Source: Prochlorococcus sp. MIT 0801
Lineage (GTDB): Bacteria > Cyanobacteriota > Cyanobacteriia > PCC-6307 > Cyanobiaceae
Assembly: GCF_000757865.1 (NCBI RefSeq)
Contig: NZ_CP007754.1
Coordinates: 450,001-482,000 of the forward strand
DNA length: 32,000 nucleotides
Direction: 5' to 3'
Positions 8,998-17,140 of the stretch are shown one piece after another (the first letter of the stretch is position 1; each line of letters opens with the position of its first letter). The translations under genes were made by a program, and so were the position numbers. Below the pieces are notes generated by a model. It searched no databases. It was not told the DNA's origin and saw only the letters and a list, made by a program, of their open reading frames with translations.

Positions 8998-11904
8998 ATG
9001 CCCACTGACCATACTCTGGTGATTGTTGAAAGTCCTACAAAGGCAAAAACTATTAGAGGTTTTTTGCCTAAGGACTTTCAGGTTCTTGCGTCAATGGGGC
9101 ACATAAGAGACTTGCCTAACAATGCATCTGAGATTCCTGCGAAGCACAAAGGGGAAAAGTGGGCAACTATTGGAGTGAACACAACTGCTGATTTTGATCC
9201 TTTGTACGTAGTTCCAAAAGACAAGAAAAAAATTGTCAAGGAATTAAAACAATCTTTGAAGGGTGCTAGTGAATTGTTGCTTGCCACTGATGAAGATAGA
9301 GAAGGAGAAAGTATAAGTTGGCATTTAATGAATGTGCTTGACCCGAAGATCCCTGTGAAGAGAATGGTCTTCCATGAGATAACTAAAGAAGCTATTTCTA
9401 AAGCGCTATCGAAAACAAGAGCAATTGATATGGAATTAGTCCATGCACAAGAAACAAGGAGGATCTTAGACAGATTAGTTGGGTACACGTTGTCTCCCCT
9501 TTTATGGAAGAAAGTTTCCTGGGGTTTATCTGCAGGAAGAGTCCAATCAGTTGCAGTAAGATTGCTAGTCCTTAGAGAGAGAGCAAGGAGATCTTTCAAA
9601 AGCGGAAGTTATTGGGACTTAAAAGCAAAATTAGACAAAGAAGGTAGTGAGTTTGAGGTCAAAATGACTTCAATTGGTGGTAAAAGAGTTGCTACTGGTA
9701 GTGATTTCGATGAGTCAACGGGATTGTTGAAATCTGGCCGAAATGTCATATTACTCAAGGAAGAAGAGTCTAGGGAACTTGCAAAAAAATTAACTACTGA
9801 TAAATGGAAAGTTGTTAATGTCGAGGAAAAGCCGTCAATCCGTAAACCAGTTCCTCCTTTTACAACAAGCACATTGCAACAAGAAGCTAATAGGAAGCTA
9901 CGATTATCAGCTAGAGAGACAATGAGATGTGCCCAGGGCTTGTATGAAAGAGGTTTTATTACATATATGAGAACAGATTCTGTTCATCTTTCTGATCAGG
10001 CAATAAATGCCTCAAGAAACTGTGTTGAGTCAAAATATGGGGTTGAATATTTAAGTGAGAAGCCGCGACAATTTTCCAACAAGACTAGAAATGCTCAAGA
10101 AGCCCATGAAGCAATTCGTCCTTCCGGTGAGAGCTTTAAAACACCCAAAGAGTCAAACTTGCAAGGTAGGGACCTTTCTTTATATGAACTTATTTGGAAA
10201 CGCACAGTTGCCAGTCAAATGGCCGATGCAAGGTTGACAATGCTTGGAGTCGAATTACAAGCATCGGACTTATCTTTTCGGGCTAGTGGTAAACGAATTG
10301 ATTTTCCTGGCTTCTTTCGAGCTTATGTTGAAGGTAGTGATGATCCTGATACTGCCCTTGAAGGTCAAGAAGTGCTTTTGCCTAAATTAGCTGTAGGAGA
10401 TTCTCCAACAGCTAAGAATGTAGAGGCGCTGGGGCATCAGACTCAGCCTCCAGCTAGATATAGCGAAGCCTCATTAGTCAAAACACTTGAGAAAGAAGGT
10501 ATAGGTCGTCCGTCAACATACGCAAGTATTATAGGAACAATTGTAGATCGAGGTTATTCAGTCCTCAATAACAATTCTTTGACTCCAAGCTTTACAGCAT
10601 TTGCTGTTACGGCACTTCTTGAAGAACATTTTCCTGATCTTGTAGATACCAGTTTTACTGCTCGAATGGAATCTACACTTGATGAGATCTCAACAGGAAA
10701 AGTGAGTTGGCTTCCATACCTTAAGGGCTTTTATAAGGGTGATACTGGTCTAGAGAATCAAGTTCAACAAAGAGAAGGGGATATTGATGGAGGGGAGTTT
10801 CGAGCTGTTTCCCTGGAGGGACTTTCATCTCTTGTTAGGTTGGGCAAATTTGGAACATATCTGGAATCAAAGCAACTGGGTGAAAATGGCAAGCCTATAA
10901 CAGCTACTCTTCCACAGGAAATTACTCCTGCAGATTTGGATGAGGATATCGCAGAGATGATTTTAAAACAAAAAGCTGAGGGTCCTGAATCACTTGGAGT
11001 TGACCCTGAAAGTGGACAGAATTTATATCTATTAAATGGTAGATATGGACATTTTGTTCAAAGGGGCTTAGTAGTCGAAGTGAAAGATCTTGGAATTCCA
11101 AAAGGTAAGAAAAAGCTAGGAAATCTTCGCTTGTTCAAAAGCAGTCAATATGGACTCTATTTGAAGCAGGATTCATCAAAGGTTCAGGTTCTGTTGCCAG
11201 AGAATATAAAGGAGGAAGATATAGATGTTGAAAAAGCACTTAAATATTTAGATGATAAATCATTAAAAAAAGCTCCAAATCCAAAAAGGACTTCCTTACC
11301 AAAGAGTTTAAAACCAGAAAACTTGACCTTTGAGGAGGCCCTTGGATTAATTCAATTACCACGTCTACTTGGAGAGCATCCAGAGGGAGGTCGAGTTCAA
11401 TCAAGCTTGGGTAGATTTGGTCCGTATGTAGTTTGGAGTAAAAGTGGTGGTGAAAAAGATTATCGCTCAATTAAGGGTGAAGATGACGTTCTTCAAGTAA
11501 GCCTAGAAAGAGCTCTTGAGCTTTTATCTATACCTAAAAGAGGAAGAGGAGGGAGAACTGCGTTGAGGGAACTTGGTATCCCAGAGGGAGAAAAAGAAAC
11601 TATCCAATTATTTGATGGCCCTTATGGTTTATATGTTAAACAGGGCAAAGTAAATGCTTCTCTACCAGAGGGCAAAAGTACTGAAGATATCACTCTTGAG
11701 GTTGCTATTGAATTATTGGCAGCTAAGAAATCAAGTAAAAAGACAACATCTAAGAAAAGAAAATCTACACAAAAGACAACTAAGTCAACAAAGAAAGATG
11801 TAAACTCATCACTATCAAAAAAAAGTAGTACTCGAAAAGCACCTTCTACAACTAAAACAGGACGTTTAAGAGCAAGTAAAGTAAGGGTAATTAAAACAAA
11901 ATAA
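8998..11904 (+). CDS. topA: DNA topoisomerase I (type IA) with Zn-free C-terminal repeats and a Lys-rich tail
   Basis: 968-aa ORF. Toprim 'LVIVESPTKAKTI' and 'ATDEDREGE'; active-site Tyr context 'GFITYMRTDS'. Repeated 'G(R/P)(F/Y)G.Y(V/L)' C-terminal modules. Confidence 0.95.
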   Translation: MPTDHTLVIVESPTKAKTIRGFLPKDFQVLASMGHIRDLPNNASEIPAKHKGEKWATIGVNTTADFDPLYVVPKDKKKIVKELKQSLKGASELLLATDEDREGESISWHLMNVLDPKIPVKRMVFHEITKEAISKALSKTRAIDMELVHAQETRRILDRLVGYTLSPLLWKKVSWGLSAGRVQSVAVRLLVLRERARRSFKSGSYWDLKAKLDKEGSEFEVKMTSIGGKRVATGSDFDESTGLLKSGRNVILLKEEESRELAKKLTTDKWKVVNVEEKPSIRKPVPPFTTSTLQQEANRKLRLSARETMRCAQGLYERGFITYMRTDSVHLSDQAINASRNCVESKYGVEYLSEKPRQFSNKTRNAQEAHEAIRPSGESFKTPKESNLQGRDLSLYELIWKRTVASQMADARLTMLGVELQASDLSFRASGKRIDFPGFFRAYVEGSDDPDTALEGQEVLLPKLAVGDSPTAKNVEALGHQTQPPARYSEASLVKTLEKEGIGRPSTYASIIGTIVDRGYSVLNNNSLTPSFTAFAVTALLEEHFPDLVDTSFTARMESTLDEISTGKVSWLPYLKGFYKGDTGLENQVQQREGDIDGGEFRAVSLEGLSSLVRLGKFGTYLESKQLGENGKPITATLPQEITPADLDEDIAEMILKQKAEGPESLGVDPESGQNLYLLNGRYGHFVQRGLVVEVKDLGIPKGKKKLGNLRLFKSSQYGLYLKQDSSKVQVLLPENIKEEDIDVEKALKYLDDKSLKKAPNPKRTSLPKSLKPENLTFEEALGLIQLPRLLGEHPEGGRVQSSLGRFGPYVVWSKSGGEKDYRSIKGEDDVLQVSLERALELLSIPKRGRGGRTALRELGIPEGEKETIQLFDGPYGLYVKQGKVNASLPEGKSTEDITLEVAIELLAAKKSSKKTTSKKRKSTQKTTKSTKKDVNSSLSKKSSTRKAPSTTKTGRLRASKVRVIKTK

Positions 11905-11908
11905 AATT

Positions 11909-12397
11909 TTGAATATTTCAATATTAGTTGAAAAAATATTTATTAGATCATTTCTAATAGTTACCTTTTTTGTACTTCAATCATGCTCAAATACTCTAAT
12001 TGGTGAAAAATTGGAAAGTAGTTTTGATATCATAGAAAGCCCAAAAACTTCAGAAAAAACTAATAATAAGCCAAAAAAAACTAAGGAAAAAACAAAAATA
12101 AAATCAATAATAAAAGATGATAAGAAAGAAAATAAAAATATTTTTGATAATATTGTCAAAGAAAATTCAATATCTAATAAAGATAGACTTAGTAAAAAAT
12201 CAATAAAGCCAAAAAAGAAGACTATTTTTAATCCACAACCATACAGAATAATTTTAAGATTATCAGGTGCAAATCCCTCTGCACCTGCGGAGACTGTTAC
12301 TGAGGCTCTAAGAACAGCAGGTGTCCAGTTTGAGGTGGAGAAGATCGAACGTTTTGATGAGGAGAAATTGTTAAAGGATCCATCTTTTAAAAGATAA
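11909..12397 (+). CDS. hypothetical lipoprotein with a Lys-rich low-complexity linker
   Basis: 162-aa ORF with a TTG start 4 nt after the topA stop. Hydrophobic signal with lipobox-like 'FVLQSC'. Lys-rich linker, then a structured-looking C-terminus 'YRIILRLSGANPSAPAETVTEALRTAGVQFEVEKIERF'. Confidence 0.55.
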   Translation: MNISILVEKIFIRSFLIVTFFVLQSCSNTLIGEKLESSFDIIESPKTSEKTNNKPKKTKEKTKIKSIIKDDKKENKNIFDNIVKENSISNKDRLSKKSIKPKKKTIFNPQPYRIILRLSGANPSAPAETVTEALRTAGVQFEVEKIERFDEEKLLKDPSFKR

Positions 12398-12402
12398 TCA
12401 TT

Positions 12403-13089
12403 TTGACCTTAGATAATAAAAAGTTTGTAAAAGATAGGTCTCTTTATAGAGGTCCTCTAAGTAAGAGACAAGCTTTAAAAATCGTTGAGTCCTCTTATCT
12501 TGCAGCTGCAACAGCTTTAATTTGGATAGCTCTTTATTATTTACCTATTGGTGGAGCTTTTTTTCGTCTTGCTTTACCATTGCCATTGGCTCTTCTTCAA
12601 ATTCGCAGAGGTGTCAAAACAGGTATTGAGGGAGTGACAATATGCGTAATGCTATTAACTGCTCTGATGGGTCCGCTAAGAGGACCTTTGGTGGTTTTCC
12701 CTTATGGATTGCTCTCCTTATGGTTAGGATATTGTTGGGGAAAGGGATGGAATTGGTGGTTAAGTTGGAGTGTTGGGGTCTCAATAGGAACTATGGGTTT
12801 TCTTGTCAGAGTTTTCGTCTTGTCTCTGTTGGTTGGTGAGAATTTATGGGTTATTCTTACTCGTGCTGGAGCAGCATTACTTGAAAAAGGAATAGATATT
12901 TTTAATCTTTCTTTTACTCCAGATATGAGACAAGTTCAAATAGTTGCACTATGTCTAATTATTACTCAAGAAATCGTTTACGTCCTATGTTTGCATGCTT
13001 TGGCTTATTGGATTTTTCCTAGACTCAAGTCGTCAATACCTGAACCACCCACTTTGCTAGAAAATTTAATTTCTCTAGAATCTAACTGA
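12403..13089 (+). CDS. polytopic membrane protein (DUF2232-like)
   Basis: 228-aa ORF with a TTG start 5 nt after the upstream stop. Several hydrophobic segments are visible by eye. The family name is recalled from cyanobacterial annotations and not verified. Confidence 0.65.
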   Translation: MTLDNKKFVKDRSLYRGPLSKRQALKIVESSYLAAATALIWIALYYLPIGGAFFRLALPLPLALLQIRRGVKTGIEGVTICVMLLTALMGPLRGPLVVFPYGLLSLWLGYCWGKGWNWWLSWSVGVSIGTMGFLVRVFVLSLLVGENLWVILTRAGAALLEKGIDIFNLSFTPDMRQVQIVALCLIITQEIVYVLCLHALAYWIFPRLKSSIPEPPTLLENLISLESN

Positions 13090-13095
13090 TTAAAG

Positions 13096-14292
13096 ATGAC
13101 AGGAAACGACTACGTTTTGTTGACGTCAGGAATATTGGCTTTTGGAGAAGGTCTTCATGAGCAAAATGTTGAAGAAATTGTTCAAAGATGGCATGAAAAT
13201 ATTACGAATATGGCTTTCTTTTTAATTCTTGCCGGATCGCAAACCGCAGAGATTGAGGGAATTTCTGCTGCTGGTTCTACTGCTGTTTCTAGACGTTATA
13301 CCGCTGTTGCAGATGCTGAACTTTTATTAAGAGGACCTAATCTTGCGCAAAGATGGCCTTTGCCTCCTTTGCCCGCAGGGGTCTCTCCCGCATTAATTAG
13401 TTACGTTGCTTCAAGTTTCTTAGAAATTAAACCAACAATAATATCGTCAGGACTGCTACAAACGCCACCCTTTACTCATGTTTCCCTAGAGTCACCAGAT
13501 ATGGGACCTGCTAGATGCTTGAGTTCAGGAAATGCAATGGAAAGAACCAGGGTTAAACTTTTATTCGAGGGTGGTTTTAAGATAGGTAAGAAATTAAAAA
13601 AATCTCTTTTGCTCACAGAGTGTGTTCCTGGAGGTACATCTACAGCTTTTGCCGTTCTCTCTGGGTTAGGAATAAACGTTAATGGTCTTATAAGCGGAAG
13701 TCATAGAAATCCACCTTCAGAATTAAAAATAAAATTAGTTAAAAAAGGACTTGATGCCGCGAAATTAAAGAAAAATCCCGCTTCTTTTGATCTAATGGCT
13801 GCTGTTGGTGATCCATTTCAGCCAATTGCAGTTGGTCTTTTAATGGGTGCTAGAGAATCTGGCCAGGAGATTTTATTAGGAGGAGGTTGTCAAATGTTGG
13901 CAGTATTGGCTTTGGCATTAAATGAAATTGAACCTGCGTCACGCCCTGAATTCGTTGGTAAAGTTTTAATAGGAACAACATCATGGTTAGTTGATGAATC
14001 ACTTTCTTCTGCGGAAAATAGAAATTCTTTTATTCATTTAATGAATCATGTTGCTAATCATTTTAAAGTAAATATCCTAGGTCTCGCTAGTGGATATAGA
14101 TTTAATGATAGTAATCAAAAGGTTTTGCGAGATTATGAGATTGGTTACGTCAAAGAGGGTGTTGGTGCTGGTGCATTATCGTTATTAGCTCAAATTAAGG
14201 GATTGACTCAGAAAGAAATGATTCAAAGATGTGATATTGAGGTTAGTAATCTATTTAAGATTAATAATAAAAAAACCTTTCAAGAATTCTAA
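13096..14292 (+). CDS. UPF0284 / archaeal-type CobT-like protein (nicotinate-nucleotide--dimethylbenzimidazole phosphoribosyltransferase homologue)
   Basis: 398-aa ORF. 'FFLILAGSQTAEIEGISAAGST' and 'LLTECVPGGTSTAFAVLSGLG' match the TIGR00303/UPF0284 pattern. The start is 6 nt after the upstream stop. Confidence 0.75.
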   Translation: MTGNDYVLLTSGILAFGEGLHEQNVEEIVQRWHENITNMAFFLILAGSQTAEIEGISAAGSTAVSRRYTAVADAELLLRGPNLAQRWPLPPLPAGVSPALISYVASSFLEIKPTIISSGLLQTPPFTHVSLESPDMGPARCLSSGNAMERTRVKLLFEGGFKIGKKLKKSLLLTECVPGGTSTAFAVLSGLGINVNGLISGSHRNPPSELKIKLVKKGLDAAKLKKNPASFDLMAAVGDPFQPIAVGLLMGARESGQEILLGGGCQMLAVLALALNEIEPASRPEFVGKVLIGTTSWLVDESLSSAENRNSFIHLMNHVANHFKVNILGLASGYRFNDSNQKVLRDYEIGYVKEGVGAGALSLLAQIKGLTQKEMIQRCDIEVSNLFKINNKKTFQEF

Positions 14293-14297
14293 TTAAT

Positions 14298-15299
14298 ATG
14301 AATACTAATACGCTTGGAAGGAGAGAATTCATCAAATATGGATTGATTTCCTCTTTGTTTTTACTATCAGGGTGCTCAACGTCTCAAAAAAAATTAGCTT
14401 TGAGAGGAGTTACCAATAGTTTCCCAAGTGAATTTGTTAATAGTTTGTCTACTGGTTGGGAATTTTTCCCTATAAAAGATATTGAGTTCAACAAATTTCC
14501 CTATAACTCTGCACTTAAAGAAAAAACAGATTTATTAGTCTTAAATGATGGTTGGATTTCTGGTCTACCTGTTAATTCACTTCAAGAAATTAAAGCAAAC
14601 AATATTAGAAATAATTTCAGCAAGCAGACTAGTTCTTTTCTCAATGGATTAGGAAAGGACTATGAGAAAAAGATTTTACCTTTAGCTGTTAGTCCTTGGG
14701 TGATACTTTTTAGAAATGAAGACTCTCTCGCTCTTAGCAATAAGAATTCTTGGGAAGTTGTTTTTTCGAGTTCACTTACAAATCAAATAGTTTTTCCTAA
14801 AAGTCCTTATCTTCTGATTTCCATAGCACAAAAAATAGATTTATTTAATGATTTCTCAAAAATCAAGGGTCAAGCCAAGTCATTTGATGACATGAATGCT
14901 TTAAATTGGGTTCTTTCAGGTAGAGCCAATGCAGCAGTTTTACCTTTATCTAGCTGTGTTGATAGCCTTGTCAAAGACCCTCGCTTGTCTGTTCTTTTAC
15001 CCCAAGAGGGTAGCCCACTGAATTGGACAGTACTTGCTTCACCTTCCCTCTCTCCAGGGTCTTTCCCTACTGATTGGTTTGATATTTTATGGGGCGCTAT
15101 TTATTTGAGACGTGTAATAAGTAAAGGTTTTTTGCCCCCAACAAATTTCTTAGACTTAAGGAGGAAAAATATAAATGTCCCCAAAAAGTATCAATCTATC
15201 TTTCTTCCTGAAGAAAGTGTTTGGAATAAATGTTGGTCATTACCAATTCTAAGTTTTCAGGAAAAAAAAGATTTGGCTTTAAATTGGAATAATTCATAA
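14298..15299 (+). CDS. Tat-signal lipoprotein, periplasmic solute-binding-protein-like
   Basis: 333-aa ORF. N-terminus 'GRREFIKYGLISSLFLLSGCS' combines a twin-arginine motif (RR-x-F-x-K) with a lipobox (LSGC). The start is 5 nt after the upstream stop. Confidence 0.7.
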   Translation: MNTNTLGRREFIKYGLISSLFLLSGCSTSQKKLALRGVTNSFPSEFVNSLSTGWEFFPIKDIEFNKFPYNSALKEKTDLLVLNDGWISGLPVNSLQEIKANNIRNNFSKQTSSFLNGLGKDYEKKILPLAVSPWVILFRNEDSLALSNKNSWEVVFSSSLTNQIVFPKSPYLLISIAQKIDLFNDFSKIKGQAKSFDDMNALNWVLSGRANAAVLPLSSCVDSLVKDPRLSVLLPQEGSPLNWTVLASPSLSPGSFPTDWFDILWGAIYLRRVISKGFLPPTNFLDLRRKNINVPKKYQSIFLPEESVWNKCWSLPILSFQEKKDLALNWNNS

Positions 15300-15383
15300 T
15301 TGAACTATCTTTGAAATTAGAAAACCTTTTCAGAGACATTTTCAAATACCATAACTAACATTCTAAAAGTTGTAGGCTCAATA

Positions 15384-16040
15384 ATGTTTACTGGTTTAAT
15401 TCAGTCTATTGGCACGATCAAGAAAAATAATTTGGGGGTAATTGTTGATGGATGTAAGCCTTTTTCTCCGTTAAAACTTGGAGATAGCGTTTCTGTTGAT
15501 GGAGTTTGTCTAACAGTGTCTGAATTAATGAATGATTCTTTTTTCTCTAATATAAGTGAAGAGACTCTTAAGAGAACAAATCTTGCAGAAAAAGCTCAGA
15601 AAAATGAATATGTAAATCTTGAGCCAGCATTACGTCTGTCTGATCGATTAGGTGGACATATTGTAAGTGGACACATAGACGGGTTAGGTGAAGTTGTTTC
15701 AATCGAAAATTTGAGAAACTCTTGGAATTTGAGAGTATCTTGGGATGATTTAAACTTCTGCAGATATATGTGCGATAAGGCGAGTATTAGCCTAAATGGA
15801 ATAAGTCTTACTATTGCTGAGATCTATGTTGATGGATGTGAATTTTCAGTAGCAGTAATACCTCACACTTGGTCAAATACATGCTTGAAGTTTTTGACAA
15901 TTGGAGAAAAGGTTAATTTGGAAGTTGACTTGATGGCTAAGTACGCAGAAAAACTTCTAAATGTAAATAATAATGATGCCCCTTCTAAACAAAGCCCAGT
16001 AATTAATAATCAGTGGCTAAGTGAGCAAGGTTGGTATTAG
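15384..16040 (+). CDS. ribE: riboflavin synthase alpha chain
   Basis: 218-aa ORF with the 'MFTGLIQSIGTI' N-terminus. Two lumazine-binding repeats: 'GDSVSVDGVCLTV' and 'ASISLNGISLTI'. Confidence 0.9.
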   Translation: MFTGLIQSIGTIKKNNLGVIVDGCKPFSPLKLGDSVSVDGVCLTVSELMNDSFFSNISEETLKRTNLAEKAQKNEYVNLEPALRLSDRLGGHIVSGHIDGLGEVVSIENLRNSWNLRVSWDDLNFCRYMCDKASISLNGISLTIAEIYVDGCEFSVAVIPHTWSNTCLKFLTIGEKVNLEVDLMAKYAEKLLNVNNNDAPSKQSPVINNQWLSEQGWY

Positions 16041-16082
16041 TAATTTTATGTTTAATTTATATAATTTCTTTTGAGGAATTTA

Positions 16083-16439
16083 TTATTTCTTGAGTGGTAA
16101 TAAACTTATCGCTCCTGACTCTTTTCGTACATCAATACGAAATTCCTGTCCAGGTTCAAGCCCTAATTTTTTTGTATAGGCATGTCCAATAAGAAGATTG
16201 CCATTGCCATGAACCTTAGTTCGGAATTCCGCTTGCCTTCCTCTTGAAGATCTATTTCCTGCTCTTCCAGGACCATTTGAACGAAGTTTATAACCCTTTG
16301 CCTCAACTAGAGCACGATAGAAACTTTTACGTAAAACTCTTCCGCTTGGCCCAACGTAACCACAACCTTTAGCTATTTCGTCTTCTGGACGGGTGCTCAA
16401 AGATCTTGCTTTGTCTAGGAGTTCTTTTCCAACAAGCAT
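16083..16439 (-). CDS. cyanobacterial AbrB-family transcriptional regulator (cyAbrB)
   Basis: 118-aa ORF. The AbrB/SpoVT-type swapped-hairpin domain is at the C-terminus, as in cyAbrB proteins ('GNLLIGHAYTKKLGLEPGQEFRIDVRKESGAISLLP'). Confidence 0.8.
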   Translation of the reverse strand: MLVGKELLDKARSLSTRPEDEIAKGCGYVGPSGRVLRKSFYRALVEAKGYKLRSNGPGRAGNRSSRGRQAEFRTKVHGNGNLLIGHAYTKKLGLEPGQEFRIDVRKESGAISLLPLKK

Positions 16440-16517
16440 TTCAGACTGTTTTAATTAACTGAATTCTGACCAATAAGTGGAATTGTGGCAACAAATTAAT
16501 TGAAAGTTTCTTGCTTA

Positions 16518-16531
16518 GTATCAATATTTAC
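16518..16531. promoter_or_regulatory. NtcA-type palindrome GTA-N8-TAC upstream of the cyAbrB gene
   Basis: 'GTATCAATATTTAC' lies in the 95-bp gap between the ctaE stop and the cyAbrB start. On the minus strand a TAATTT (TAN3T-like -10) follows 19 nt downstream. The motif is short and expected by chance several times in a window this size. Confidence 0.2.
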
Positions 16532-16534
16532 CTC

Positions 16535-17140
16535 TCAAAGCAGGTAAAGGATGATGAATAAAACGACCCAAATACCATCTACGAAATGCCAATAAAGTTC
16601 TACGGCCTCAAATGGAAACTTGTTTTGATTATTCACTCGACCAGATGGAACACGTGTTTGCCACCAAATAATCATTATCATTATTGATCCAAGCGTTACG
16701 TGAAGCCCATGAAAGCCAGTTAATGCATAAAAAGTACTTGCAAAAAGGTTGTCAGTTAATCCAAAAGGCAAAGTAAAGTACTCAAACATTTGACTGATTA
16801 AAAATGCCACTCCCAATGCACCTGTTATGAGAAGCCATTTTTGGCATTGTTTTGATTCATTCTTCTCTAGGAATTTGCCAGCACGATGAAAAGTAAAGCT
16901 ACTAACCAAGAGCAAGATTGTATTTAAAGTTGGTAAAGGTAGTTCTAATTCGTAAATAGCATCAGGAGCAATGGGATTGACTGCTTTGAAAGTGAGATAT
17001 GCCGCAAAAAAACCTGCAAAGGTCATCCCGTCTGCGATTAAAAAAGCTACTAAGCCAAACAAACGAAAATCTTCATGTTCTTCAGTTGAGAGGTCATTTC
17101 TGCTTTCTGAGGATTGCTCTTTTGGGACTATTGATGTCAT
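16535..17140 (-). CDS. ctaE: cytochrome c oxidase subunit III
   Basis: 201-aa membrane ORF. 'FYALTGFHGLHVTLG' and 'ELYWHFVDGIWVVLF' are conserved COX3 motifs. It overlaps ctaD by 4 nt (ATGA). Confidence 0.9.
   Translation of the reverse strand: MTSIVPKEQSSESRNDLSTEEHEDFRLFGLVAFLIADGMTFAGFFAAYLTFKAVNPIAPDAIYELELPLPTLNTILLLVSSFTFHRAGKFLEKNESKQCQKWLLITGALGVAFLISQMFEYFTLPFGLTDNLFASTFYALTGFHGLHVTLGSIMIMIIWWQTRVPSGRVNNQNKFPFEAVELYWHFVDGIWVVLFIILYLL

Noticed and set aside
9078-12159. ORFs 9078..9599, 9609..9872, 10055..10237, 11240..11470, 11622..11921 and 11977..12159, overlapping topA and the following lipoprotein gene.
   Set aside because: They are antisense or alternate-frame shadows of long, motif-supported genes. 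Their Phe/Leu/Ser-rich translations mirror the Lys/Glu-rich sense strand.
15300-15383. I checked for an FMN riboswitch or other leader upstream of ribE.
   Set aside because: The gap is only 84 nt and shows no conserved FMN-element-like helices by eye.
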